A stretch of DNA of 64,000 nt from Mobula hypostoma. Its lineage: Eukaryota. The stretch spans positions 50,718,001 to 50,782,000 of the forward strand of contig NC_086097.1 in NCBI RefSeq assembly GCF_963921235.1. The letters are read 5' to 3'. A program made the position numbers and the translations under genes. Shown here one piece after another: positions 49,075 through 61,591 of this stretch; positions within the stretch are counted from its first letter, which is position 1; each line of letters opens with the position of its first letter. A model generated the notes under the pieces. The model had not been told where the DNA came from. It was given only the letters and a program-made list of their open reading frames with translations, and ran no database searches.

Positions 49075-50353
49075 TTGTTAGATGATAGGAAGGCCAGGAA
49101 GGAGATGAGGCATAATCGTAGCCAGTGGGATGATTTACAACAGAAAGCAACAAATACTGGACTGAAAGTGTTTTATTTAAATGCACGCAGCATAAGAAAT
49201 AAAATGAACGATCTTGAAATTCAGCTACGGATTGGCAAGTATGACGTTATGGCCATCTCTGAAACTTGGCTAAAGGATAGCTGCCATTGGGAGCTGAACA
49301 TCCAAGGATATACGGTGTTTCCAAAAGATAGGTTACTAGGCAGAGGGGGTGTTGTGGCCTTGTGTATAAGAAATAATAGTAAATCATTAGAAAGGGATGA
49401 CATAGGATCGGAAGGTGTAGAGGCTCTTATGGGTTAAGTTAAGAAATGGCAAGGATAAAAGGACCCTAATGACAGTTGTATACAGGCCTCCAAACAGCAG
49501 CTGGGAAGTGGATTACAAATTATAGCAGGAGATACAAAAGGCATGTCAGAACCACTGACATCAGTGGTTGGAAAGTTGTTGGAATCAATTGTTAGGGATG
49601 AGATTATAGAGTACCTGTAGGCACATGATAGGATAGGCCAAAACCAGCATGATTTCCTGAAAGGAAAACCCTGCCTGACTAACCTATTGCAATTTTTTGA
49701 GGAAATTACAAGCAGGGTAGACAAAGGAGATGCAGTAGATGTGGTGTACTTGGATTTTCAGAAGGCCTTTGACAAGGTGCCACACATGAGGCTGCTTAGC
49801 AAGAGAAGAGCCCATGGAATTACAGGGGAGTTACTAGCATGGGTGGAGCATTGGCTGATCAGCAGAAAACAGAGAGTGGGAGCATAGGGATCCTATTCTG
49901 GCTGGCTGCCAGTTAGCAGTAGTGTTCCACAGAGGTTGGTGTTGGGACTGCTGCTTTTTAACACTGTGTGTCAATGATTTGGACTATGGTATTAATGGAT
50001 TTACAGCTAAATTTGCCAATGATACAAAGATAGGTGGAGAAATGGGTAGCGTTGAGGAAACAGAGAGCCTGCAGAGAGACTTAGATAGTTTAGGGGAATG
50101 GGCAAAGAAGTGGCCCATTAGTCAGAGGGTGGTAAATCTGTGGAATTTGTTGCCATGAGCAGCTGTGGAGGCCAAGTCATTGGGTGCATTTAAGACAGAG
50201 ATAGATAGGTTCTTGATTAGCCAGGGCATCAAAGGGTATGGGGAGAAGGCAGGGGAGTGGGGATGACTAGAAGAATTGGATCAGCCCATGATTGAATGGT
50301 GGAGCAGACTTGCTGGGGCAAATGGCCTACTTCTGCTCCTATATCTTATGGTT
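49075..50353 (+). mobile_element. Internally deleted CR1
   Basis: EN start (YLNARSIRNK, ISETWL) joins directly to RT at about 49550 and to the 3' end at about 50113. Confidence 0.9.
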
Positions 50354-50444
50354 TTATATTGTCAATGTTGAAAAATATGCTTTCATATTATGGATTTCAT
50401 AGTTTTGTTCTACATTCAACATATATCTGAAATCTTGGGCATAC

Positions 50445-50602
50445 CTATAACATATTGCTTCTCTAAAATCATGCAGGTCAAAATCATAAACATTGTAACC
50501 TTCGCGTTTAAATGCCAAAACTGCATTGGGTCCAAGCCAGACGCTCCCATTCATTCTCGGTGTAAAGTGTACACCAAGAAAAGGAAACTTTGGATCTGGA
50601 AC
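50445..50602 (-). CDS. L2HGDH: L2HGDH exon 8 (158 nt)
   Basis: [36 protein letters not shown]...; ttttag| and |gtatgc. Confidence 0.97.
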
Positions 50603-50869
50603 CTAAAAAATAAAGGACAGCTTAAAGGATTATTATAGATATAGACAGGGAATTAAACAAAGACTTTCCATTTCGATAATCTAGTTCAATATTAAAAAAA
50701 AATCAAAGAACTGGACACAAGTTCAGAGAAAATGCAGTTAGTTAAATGGCATGGAGTTTAGCAGGTTAGAGAGCAAAGGCTGACAGCCTTTGTCTCTTAC
50801 TGCAACAAACCTTCCTCTTGTCTATAAAGGTTCTGCCCTTCACTTGAAAGTAAATATTTTCTAAACTTA

Positions 50870-51677
50870 AAAATTGGTAGAATTGCTGATAATGCGATAA
50901 TGAAGAAGGTTGTTGAAGGAATTAGCAGGCAACAGATCTGATGCATATATGGGCAGAAATATAGCAGATTAAGTTTAATCTGGACAAGTGTGTGATGTTG
51001 CACTCTCAGAGGTCAAATGCAAGGGGAAAGTATACAGTCAATGGCAGGATGTGCCGAGGGATCTTGGGGTCCAAGTCCATTGCTCCCTGAGAGTGACAAC
51101 AGAAGTAAGAGAGTGGTAAAAATGGCATACAGCAACACTGTCTTCAGTCTGGCCATGGAGTACAAGAATCAGAAAGTCATGTTTCAGATGTATAAAACTT
51201 TGGTTGGGCCTCATTTGGAGCATTGCGTGCAGTTATAGTCACTCCATTACAGAAAGAATGTGGAGGTTTTGGGAAGGGTGTGGAAGAGAGTCACCAGGAT
51301 GCTGCCTCGATTAGTGTGAGTATTAGCTATAAGGCGAGGTTGGAGAAACTTGGATTGTTTTTTCCTGGAGCGTTGGAGGCTAAAGGGAGATCTGATAAAG
51401 ACTTATAAAATTATGAGAGGCACAGATGAGAGTCTCCTTTCCCATACAGTAGAAATATTAAGTACCAGAGGACAAAACTTTAAGGTGATAACGGCAAGGT
51501 TTAAAACAGATGTGCAGGGTGGTAGAATAGTGACATTTAAGAGGCATTTAGACAGGTACATGAACATGCAGGGATTGGAGGGACACATATCATGTGCAGG
51601 TTTAGTTTAACCTAGCATCATGGTCAGCACTGCTATCGTGGGCTGAAGGGCCTGTTTCTACACTCTATTGTTCTGTT
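50870..51677 (+). mobile_element. CR1 3' fragment
   Basis: YKTLVGPHLEHCVQ and RLKGDLIKTYKIMRG. Confidence 0.8.
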
Positions 51678-52092
51678 AACAACAATTCAGTACGAAAAAC
51701 ATAATTAACCCAAGAGACACCAGATTCAAGTGCACATTTCTATTTACATTAACAATTTTAAGATCAAGAATATTTGTAATTCAAATATATAAACTCAATA
51801 TACAATTCCACAAGTACATATGTGCATCCAATTATTGAAATTTATAGTAAGCTTCAAGGAGTATAAAAGAGTAGTATGAAAACAATGTACAAAAATGAAC
51901 ACCAATTTATTTCAAAGATATATTTAAACTAAGAAATGGAACAGAATGTGAAACTACAATCAAACTATGCCATTTGTGAATGTTGAACAAAATGTGGAAT
52001 TGTAAGAATTTTAGAAGAATGTAAAAATATGAAATCTTTTATGAAATTAATCAAATCTAATTAGATTTATTAAGTGTATCTTAAATACTTAC

Positions 52093-52260
52093 AGGATAAA
52101 TGTTCCCTTTTACTAAATAGCGCTTCTCTGGTTTTAGCACCAGGTAATCTCCTCGAAAAGGCACTATACTCGGATCATAGCTACAACCAGATTTCTGTGA
52201 AAGCCTATCTGAATGGAGACCTCCACATGTCACAACATACCTGCACTGTATTGCAGTTTT
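52093..52260 (-). CDS. L2HGDH: L2HGDH exon 7 (168 nt)
   Basis: [21 protein letters not shown]...[25 protein letters not shown]; aagcag| and |gtaagt. Confidence 0.97.
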
Positions 52261-53067
52261 CTGCTTAAAAACAAAAAAACACCAATGAAATATACCAAAC
52301 AAACTGACATTGTGGCAAGTGTATTTAGATTAGCTTTTTTTGCAGACTTTTCCCTTAATTGTTTTTCAATTAGCTTTGAATTGTAATGAAACTAATACAA
52401 GTTCTTATTTATTAAGACCTATAGCACATTGGGTCCATACTATCTCCTAGCAAAGCAAAAGCATCAGTTTAATTTGCCCTCTCTATTTTCCCTGTAACCT
52501 TCCAATGTATTCTCTCTCAAATGCCCATTGACGCCTCTTTGATCGATGGATTCTTACCTACATAGTGAGTTGATTTACAATAGCCAGTTAATCTACCAGT
52601 ATATTTTTGGAATGTGGAAAGAAATCCACATGGTCATAAGGAATATCACTTTTGGGATTACCCAGAGCCCCATCACTGGTGAAGCTTTCACTCGTACCTC
52701 TGTCCTCTCCAGTCCATCAATTTGCAGCCTTCACCCCACCCCCACAATAAATTTCTGCCAGCCTTTCTAGTTCTGAGCTCTGCAAACAGCAATCCCCATC
52801 CAAACTGTGCTCACCTATGACCTCTTTTCTTGATGACTTCCACTGATTTGGTACCTTGCAATATGGTCTCAGGTCACACTAAATTTGCAAAACCCTAGAA
52901 GTCCTTCATTGAAAATGTAATTCTATGGAATTTGCCGTGAATCCCTCTTCTCAACTTGCACCAGCTCACCACCTGCTCTTATGAATTTTCTTGCAAAATT
53001 TAACTACATGCGTAACCATTGTCCTGATCTTCTAATGTCTCCTCAAAGCCTGAATTCTTGATTTATA

Positions 53068-53540
53068 GCCATAGAACACTATAGCAGAGAAAAAAAGACC
53101 TTCAGCCCATCTAGTCCATGCCAAACTATTAATCTGATTAGTCCCATTGACCTGCACCCAGACTGCCCTACATACTGCCCTCCATCCATGTACCATGTAA
53201 ATTTCTCTTAAATGTTGAAATTGAACCTGCATCCATCACTTCCGCTGCCAGCTCATTTCACACTTTTACCACCCTCAGAGTGAAAAAGGTTTCCTCATGT
53301 TCCCCTTAAACATTTCACCTTTCACCCTTAACCCATGACCTCCAATTCTAGTCTCACCCAATCTCAATGGAAAAATCCTGCATTTACCCTATCTATACCC
53401 CTCATAATTATGTATACCTTATCAAAGCTCATTCACCTATGCTTTAGGGAACAAAGTTTTATTCTATTCAACCTCTCCTTATAACTCAGGTGGTCAACTC
53501 CTGGCAAAATCCTTGTAAATTTTCTCTGCACCCTTTCAAT
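53068..53540 (-). mobile_element. CR1 3' fragment
   Basis: Reverse-complement homolog of 1-500. Confidence 0.75.
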
Positions 53541-54152
53541 TTAGCCCTTGTTGTGTATCAACTTGCAACAGGTTCTGTAAATTTATAACTCATTGTGATA
53601 CCTGACAGAAATTTACCCAAAAGTTCACACTTGCTCAAATACTAATGATCAGGTATATAGTATTTTCAGAAGCATTCTCAGACGAAGCACATCAAATATA
53701 AAAATATAAAATATTTTTTATAAAATATAAAATATTTTCAGATATAAAAATACCTACTTTCTAACAACTTGCTTCAACACCTACCACTGCAGTATGAATA
53801 TTTTTGCTTACTACAGCCATGATTGTTTGCTTTCTGTGGTAAGATGGAAAACCTGCGCTGAATAAAGTTCAAACTTTATCTTCTGTTTCGTGACAAGCAC
53901 ATTCCAACTGTCTTTACATAAAAATGAAGTCCTTTGAAGAAGGAAACTTTAACCACATACTGCATTTATGTTCCGATCTAAAAGTCCAAAATACATCCCT
54001 ATTTAGCATTCTTTGATGAAGATTCATTGTGGAGTTACTAGAGAAAAATAAAAAAAACAACAGGAATTCTGCAGATGCTGGAAATTCAAGCAACATACAT
54101 CAAAGTTGCTGGTGAACGCAGCAGGCCAAGCAGCATCTATAGGAAGAGGCGC

Positions 54153-54188
54153 AGTCGACGTTTCAGGCCGAGACCCTTCGTCAGGACT
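54153..54188 (-). ncRNA. Minimal type I hammerhead ribozyme motif (sense in L2HGDH pre-mRNA)
   Basis: Same 36-mer as 15836-15871, reverse complemented. Confidence 0.75.
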
Positions 54189-55544
54189 AACTGAAGGAAG
54201 AGTGAGTAAGGGATTTGAAAGCTGGAGGGGGAGGGGGAGATGCAAAATGATAGGAGAAGACAGGAGGGGGAGGGATAGAGCCGAGAGCTGGACAGGTGAT
54301 AGGCAAAAGGGGATACGAGAGGATCATGGGACAGGAGGCCTAGGGAGAAAGACGGGGGGGGGTGACCCAGAGGATGGGCAAGAGGTATATTCAGAGGGAC
54401 AGAGGGAGAAAAAGGAGAGTGAGAGAAAGAATGTGTGCATAAAAAGGAGTAACAGCTGGGGTACGAGGGGGAGGTGGGGCCTAGCGGAAGTTAGAGAAGT
54501 CAATGTTCATGCTTTCATTTTTTAAAGAAAGGGGCTTCCCTTCCTCCACTATCAACTCTGCTCTTAAACGCATCTCCTCCATTTCACGTACATCTGCTCT
54601 CACTCCATCCTCCCACCACCCCACTAGGAATAGGGTTCCCCTGGTCCTCACCTACCACCCCACCAGCCTCCGGGTCCAACATATTATTCTCCGTAACTTC
54701 CGCCACCTCCAACGGGATCCCACCACTAAGCACATCTTTCCCTCCCCCCCCTCTCTGCATTCCGCAGGGATCGCTCCCTACACAACTCCCTTGTCCATTC
54801 GTCCCCCCCATCCCTCCCCACTGATCTCCCTCCTGGCACTTATCCGTGTAAGCGGAACAAGTGCTACACATGCCCTTACACTTCCTTCCTTACCACCATT
54901 CAGGGCCCCAAACAGTCCTTCCAGGTGAGGCATCACTTCACCTGTGAGTCGACTGGGGTGATATACTGCGTCCGGTGCTCCCGATCTGGCCTTTTATATA
55001 TTGGTGAGACCCGACGCAGACTGGGAGACCGCTTTGCTGAACATCTACGCTCTGTCCGCCAGAGAAAGCAGGATCTCCCAGTGGCCACACATTTTAATTC
55101 CACATCTCATTCCCATTCTGACATGTCTATCCACGGCCTCCTCTACTGTAAAGATGAAGCCACACTCAGGTTGGAGGAACAACACCTTATATTCCGTCTG
55201 GGTAGCCTCCAACCTGATGGCATGAACATTGACTTCTCTAACTTCCGCTAGGCCCCACCTCCCCCTCGTACCCCAGCTGTTACTCCTTTTTATGCACACA
55301 TTCTTTCTCTCACTCTCCTTTTTCTCCCTCTGTCCCTCTGAATATACCTCTTGCCCATCCTCTGGGTCACCCCCCCCCCGTCTTTCTCCCTAGGCCTCCT
55401 GTCCCATGATCCTCTCGTATCCCCTTTTGCCTATCACCTGTCCAGCTCTCGGCTCTATCCCTCCCCCTCCTGTCTTCTCCTATCATTTTGCATCTCCCCC
55501 TCCCCCTCCAGCTTTCAAATCCCTTACTCACTCTTCCTTCAGTT

Positions 55545-55580
55545 AGTCCTGACGAAGGGTCTCGGCCTGAAACGTCGACT
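55545..55580 (+). ncRNA. Minimal type I hammerhead ribozyme motif
   Basis: AGTCCTGACGAAGGGTCTCGGCCTGAAACGTCGACT. Confidence 0.75.
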
Positions 55581-55747
55581 GCGCCTCTTCCTATAGATGC
55601 TGCTTGGCCTGCTGCGTTCACCAGCAACTTTGATGTATGTTGCAGAGAAAAATAAAAGCCTTCTTAAATATATAACAAATTCAGTAATATAATAATGAAA
55701 CTCATTCTGCTACCTAGCACAATAATAGAAATTAAACAAATCTTTAC

Positions 55748-55782
55748 CTTTAGACTCCTGATGGTAATTGGATACTTTAAAC
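55748..55782 (-). CDS. L2HGDH: L2HGDH exon 6 (35-nt small exon)
   Basis: (G)LKYPITIRSLK; tttttag| and |gtaaag. It is needed to restore frame between exons 5 and 7 and resembles human GMQYPIVIKNTK. Confidence 0.9.
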
Positions 55783-57509
55783 CTAAAAATAATAATATTG
55801 AACTTGATGCATGGTTTCTAAGATGACAAGTCATGCTCAAGCAATAAACTTAACAATTAAAAATAGCAATGGAGGTTGAACTATTGATCAAGTAAAATAA
55901 AACATTATTTTTTCTTAGCTAAAATTATGAGCAAAATATTATTTTTGAGAAAAACACTTCCTTGAATTTAATTTTCCTCGTTAGAGATTATTAATTCAGG
56001 ATCATATATTGCACAAACTGACAGACGCTTACTTTGTATATAATCTACCTTATGTATTTATATTTATCATGTTTTTTAAAAAATTGTCTTCTTTATTTTA
56101 TTGTGTATTTTTTCTGCTGCATTGGATCCGAAGTAACAATAATTTCATTTTCCTTTCCACCTGTGTACCGGAAATGACATTAAACAATCTTGATTCTTGT
56201 TCCACCTTGCCCTGATGAAAACAAGTTCATTTTACAAGCATTTCCTACCACAATAGTTATGATGTCTTCTGCAGCACACATCATTTACACTGAAAGCTTC
56301 AGTAAAGCTTGTGCCATTAGTCTGCTGTAACCCAGCTTGAAATTTGTAAATAACTGTAAGCAAGAATTCATTAAATACAAAATAGTATACTAGACATCTT
56401 TCTCTGCCACAGCGAGGCCAAAGGCAAACCTGATGAACTCTCACCCAGTGGTAAGAACTATGAATTGTCCAATTTTAGGTAATCTACTCCTTAGGTTCCT
56501 TTTCTACTCCTACATGTCCACTCAGTGCCTTGATCCCCTTGTCCATTCTCCACCACCCCCCTTCTTATTACCTTCCCACATCTGCCTATCATCCCTTCCT
56601 TATTTGGTCACACCTCTCCGTCATTTACACACACTTGTCATCTTCCCTCCACACTCTCAGTCCTGAGACAGGGTCATAATGAGAAATGTCAACCTTCACT
56701 TTGATCCCGTAGATATTGTGCGATTCAGATTCTAGCAGCAGGTACAGTCTTGTGTCCTCATATTAATTTATTGTGTCAGGTGGTCATTTATTTTAAACAA
56801 TACTTTTACAATACTTCTTCATGTGTCAACCTTAATTAGTGTCTGCTAATTTTATATTTTGCATGAATCTCATTTCCTTAATAAACATGGATAAGTGCCA
56901 CAGTAGCTGTAACACCACTCTGACCGGGTAAGAACATCAGGGTATAAACCACTACGATGCCAGAACTTTTCAAAGTGAACAGAGACCCAGGTAATAGATT
57001 TACTTTTTATTTTTTCCTTTTAGGTGGAAAAATTAGATTAGATTAGATTAGATTCAACTTTATTGTCATTGTGCCGAGTACAGATACAAAGCCAATAAAA
57101 TGCATTTAGCATCTGACCAGAAATGCAAAGAATAATGTTATTTACAAAATAACTGCAAATAAAAAGTAAGTGCTACAGCACACAAATATAAAAGTACTGA
57201 GACAGTACAATACGGATGCAATACTGCTTAGTGTACTGCAGTACTACCAACGTTGCACGTAATATTGACAATATCTAAAACCCTCTTGTACATACTAGAG
57301 CACATGCTTATATGGTGTTGTTTCTTTGCAACACTTCCTCAGATCATTAAGGACCTTAGCCACAAACTAATGAATTTAAGTACTTGCACATTCATAAAAA
57401 TTGTGTGTGCATTTCAGAGTCATCAGCTCAGTAGATTCACTCCACAATATAATGTGATTTAGACTATTTAATAACAATTACTAAATTGTAGCTCTCCAAT
57501 ATAAATTAT

Positions 57510-57912
57510 ATCTGGAGTGTAGGAGAATGAGGGGAGATTTGATAGAGGTATACAAAATTATGACGGGTACAGGCAGGGTAAATGTGAGCAGCTTTTTCCA
57601 CTGAGGTTGGGTGAGACTAGAACTAGAGGTCATAGGTTAATGGTGAAAGGTGAAATATTTAAGGGTAACCTTAGGGTGAAATGTCTTCACTAAATGGGTA
57701 GTGCAAGTGTGGTACGAACTGCCAGTGGAAGTGGTGGATGCAAGTTTGATTGCAACATTTAAGAGAAGTTTGAATAAGTACGTGGATGAGAGGGGTATGG
57801 GGGGGCTGTGGACAGGTGCGGCTCGATAGTACCAGGCAGAATAACAGCCTTCGGCATGGACTAAATGAGCCATAGGGCCTGTTTGTGTGCTTATAGTGCT
57901 CTATAATACTAT
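57510..57912 (+). mobile_element. CR1 3' fragment
   Basis: RRMRGDLIEVYKIM motif plus 3' UTR. Confidence 0.8.
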
Positions 57913-58104
57913 AGAACTCTATAGATGTTCTTTAACTGCAGTATAGCTATTTGACAGACTCAAGAGGGACAGTGATATTTGACAGTTTCCTACTTTACTT
58001 CGAAGTATGCTACACAAACTTGATGGTTTGCCTTCTGCATCAAATGGTCAAAAACTGCATTCAAGTTAACCTGTTCAATGGCGTGACAACAAAATTGCAC
58101 TTAC

Positions 58105-58267
58105 CATCTTTACTGCCTTCAGGACTTTCTTTAGTACTCTGGAAGTCAGTTACTTCAAACTGTGTTTCTATATTCCCACCCATTTCACAAAAATCTTTTG
58201 CATACGATAGGGCCACCTCTCTCCAATCTACAATGCCTGTGTTTGGAGAATCCAAGGCCATCAAACC
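58105..58267 (-). CDS. L2HGDH: L2HGDH exon 5 (163 nt)
   Basis: GLMALDSPNTGIVDWREVALSYAKDF...; catag| and |gtaagt. Confidence 0.96.
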
Positions 58268-59276
58268 CTATGTAACAATAAAGAAACAAAGCCAATACAT
58301 AAGAGTTCAATACAACTTATAACAGGTTCTTTTTGTGCCACTAGTACTGCTCACTACTTATCTTATGTGCTTATACATTAAAACTCTATAAAACTTCGTT
58401 TTAGTCCAGTTAATAGGTTAATATTTAAAGCCATGAACTTCCACAAACATCAAAGTATTTAATATTAAAGATAATCAAAACATGCTTCTAACAATACTGA
58501 GAGAAAAGTGTGAAAAAAGAAGCAAGAATGATTAGCTCAGACTTATGAGCTAACAACAAAGTTTAGCAATAATGGAAAAAAATATAAGACTGGAATTTAT
58601 TAGCTTGCTACTGGTTATTGAAATAAAAGTCTCCAGAAACTGCAGCAGCTAATGCACATCATCAAAGAGGATGAACCATGTTTTATTTTTTTTAATCCTG
58701 GGAGCCAGCATTTCAATGTGTTGTTTCTAATCAGAAGAAAAAAATCAGGGACATATACTATAGTGTAGATTCTATGATAGAGAGTCATAGAAAATGGGAA
58801 CGGGCCATTTGGCCATTCAAATATCCTTTCCACATGATAATGGCTGATCCTGTATCTAAATACCATATTTCATTTCTTTTCTCATAATCCTTAATGCCCT
58901 TGTGTCCAATTAACTATCTTTTTCTTAAGTATATTCAGTGACTGTGCCTTCACAGGCTTCTGCAGTTGAAAATTTCACTGGTCCACCATGTTCTAACTAA
59001 GTAACGAATTAATACATCAAACAGAACCCAGATTAAAATTTCAGAAGCGCTTTTGAAAACTTCTATAATTTGAGTTTGAGGAAAAAATACTAATTTCAAA
59101 AATAAGCATTTTCAAGTAAAATGCAAAAAGGATGCAATGTATTTTTTCACTCTTCAGTATACCACAGCATTGGTATATTTGGTACAGCATGGTGGGCCGA
59201 AGGGCCTGTATGGTACTGTAGGTTTTCTCAGTTTTCTATGTTTCTATACCATGCCAAAATATATTGTATTAACCTT

Positions 59277-60000
59277 TGGAAAAAAGTACAGTCGATGTTT
59301 TGCACCAAGACCCTTCAGCAGGGCTGGAGAAAAAAAGACGCGGAGTAGATTTGAAGGTAGGGGGAGGGGAGAGGAGAGAGAAACACCAGATGATAGGTGA
59401 AACCGGGAGGGGGAGGGATGAAATAAAGAGCTGGGAAGTTGATTGGTGAAAGAGATACAGGGCTGGAGATGAGGGAGTCTGATAGGCGAGAACAGAAGGC
59501 CATGGAAGAAAAAGGTAGAAGACGAGCACAGAATGATATTCCGTCTGGGTAGCCTCCAAACTGATGGCATGAACATCGATTTCTCGGACTTCTGGTACTG
59601 ACCCCCCCCCCCCACCATTCTCTCACCTCATTTCCTTGCCTGCCCATCGCCTCCCTCTAGTGCTCTTCCCCCATTTTCTTTCTTCCATAGCCTTCTGTTC
59701 TGTCCTCTCCTCTCACGCTTCCCCTTTTCCAGCCCTGTACCCCTTTCACCAAGTTCCTAGCTCTTTACCTCATCCCTCCCCCTCCCAGTTTCACCTATTA
59801 CCTTGTGTTTCTCTCTCCTCTCCCCTCCCCCCCACCTTTTGAATCTACTCCTCAGCTTTTTTTCTCCAGTCCTGCTGAAGGGTCTCGGCCCGAAATGTTG
59901 ACTGTTCTTTTTTCCATAGATGCTGCCTGGCCTGCTGAGTTCCTCCAGCATTTTGTGTATGTTGCTTGGAATTCCAGCATCTGCAGATTTTCTCTTGTTT
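59277..60000. mobile_element. Older Penelope-like fold-back insertion of a second subfamily
   Basis: Minus arm about 59277-59520; plus arm about 59535-60000 beginning with IFRLGSLQTDGMNIDFS; hammerhead variant at 59868-59903. Confidence 0.8.
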
Positions 60001-60460
60001 GTATTTAGCTTTGATTTGTATCTTGATTTTAAAATGACAGTAAAACACAAAAAATAACCCTTTTCACATAGTATTCTTCAGAAAATTTGTGTTGCAGTAT
60101 TTTAAGAGGGAAGAAACAAATAAACCTCCATAATGTACTCAAATAATTATCCTTTCTTAGCCTGGTTGGAAAAGGCAGTGCACAACAATAAATATTCTAT
60201 ATTTGATTCCTAGTATTGATAACACAAGTCATAATATTAGGTAATTTTTTTTAACCCTTGACTAAACACCCTGCTGTAAAATATCCTATGTGGATACTGT
60301 AGAAAAAATGTCTCTACTATGGCTTTGGCCTTGATGCAATCAATTGCTGTACATTCAAAGAAATGGCTGGTTTCCACCACTCTGGAACTTTCCACCAACA
60401 TGGATCTGTGTATTCAGTGTATAGAAAATTTGGAAGTATTAAAACATTATAAAAATTTAC

Positions 60461-60592
60461 CTTACAATAGGGCTCTCGCTCTTTGATTTCCTTTCCACTA
60501 ATAAGTCTCAGGCCTTGGACATTGTTCTGCTGTCCACGTTCAAACAAAGCTTTTAACTGTGGAACTTCTTCTCGATCAACAGCAACAATAAG
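60461..60592 (-). CDS. L2HGDH: L2HGDH exon 4 (132 nt); upstream exons lie beyond the window
   Basis: [44 protein letters not shown]; ttgcag| and |gtaaat. Confidence 0.96.
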
Positions 60593-61591
60593 CTGCAATA
60601 AAAATGAAATTCACAAATCATGTGAAAATGAAAATCACAAGATCCTGAATGATAAACTACCATTCGATTATAAATTCAACAAGTTTGCTTTTAATCAGTG
60701 GAACTTTTCTGTTGCTATTATAGATTAGTTATCTATGATTCTGTGTCTTTACAGGTGGTGGTGGGGAGGAGGTCGAGAGTGAGATCCTCAAGGAGCTTAT
60801 TTTACATTTTAAAATCTTTAAATCTTATATATTTTTATTCAGTATGTGGAAATCATTACAAATCCAATTGTTCCTTTGGAAATCCCTCACATAGAAATGT
60901 CTGAATTCATCCGCTCTGCCATTACATGTGTATATGTTATGTTGTTTTCCAGATAAATGGTATATTTACAAGATAAATAGTGGAACAGTTTGTCACATAA
61001 TGAGTCGTGTTCATTGACACATAGCAAGCGATCCTACATTGAGGGCATACTGTTCATAATCTATCAAGTCCGATGATTAAAGGAGCGTTTTAAAGTGGAA
61101 AAGCCTTTACACTGGGGCAGTTCCACACTTTTGACCTCAGAAGTCCACATCCAGTGGTACGAACAAGTCTCACAAACTGGGGTCTTCCTTCGTTGCAGTG
61201 GATGACCATGGCGTCTTCTGTGCCTCGTCATGCCCTTTGTTCTCCACAGAGTGTTGCAGAATTGCCTTCCAGGCCGTCCCTATCTCGTGGGGTATGTGGC
61301 ATGTCCCTATCTTACGAGGAACGAGGCCCATCAGCTACCCTCACCTGCTTTAGCTTGCCTGTCGAAGCACTGTACCAGTGTGGTATGCAAACAGCTACTT
61401 GGAGCAACAGGTAAGAACTGAGCGTCTGGTGGGGACCAAAAGTGAGTGAGCTGCCCCAGATTGGACATGACAAGCCCCTTCACCAGAAGCACTACCCCTC
61501 CCTAGAACCCCATACACGCGTAAGCAACAGCAGGCACCTCTGGTTATTGGATTTCCGTGCAAAGCAGTTTCTCACATCTGAAGCACGATTT

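Larger units (their letters stand above)
54054..55643. mobile_element. Penelope-like (Neptune-type) element with inverted pLTR arms, in L2HGDH intron 6
   Basis: RT C-terminus (FFKERGFP...RVPLVLTYHP), Cys linker (CKRNKCYTC) and GIY-YIG domain on +. 54090-54512 mirrors 55220-55643. TSD agagaaaaataaaa at 54040-54053 and 55644-55657. Confidence 0.93.

Noticed and set aside
53690..53752. Short AT-rich repeats (aaatataaaa)n
   Set aside because: Low-complexity slippage with no spacer structure. No CRISPR array or other prokaryotic system is present in the window.
61080..61590. GC-richer block that might be an exon
   Set aside because: It does not encode L2HGDH-like peptide. It may be an RTE-type 5' region, but I cannot classify it with confidence.
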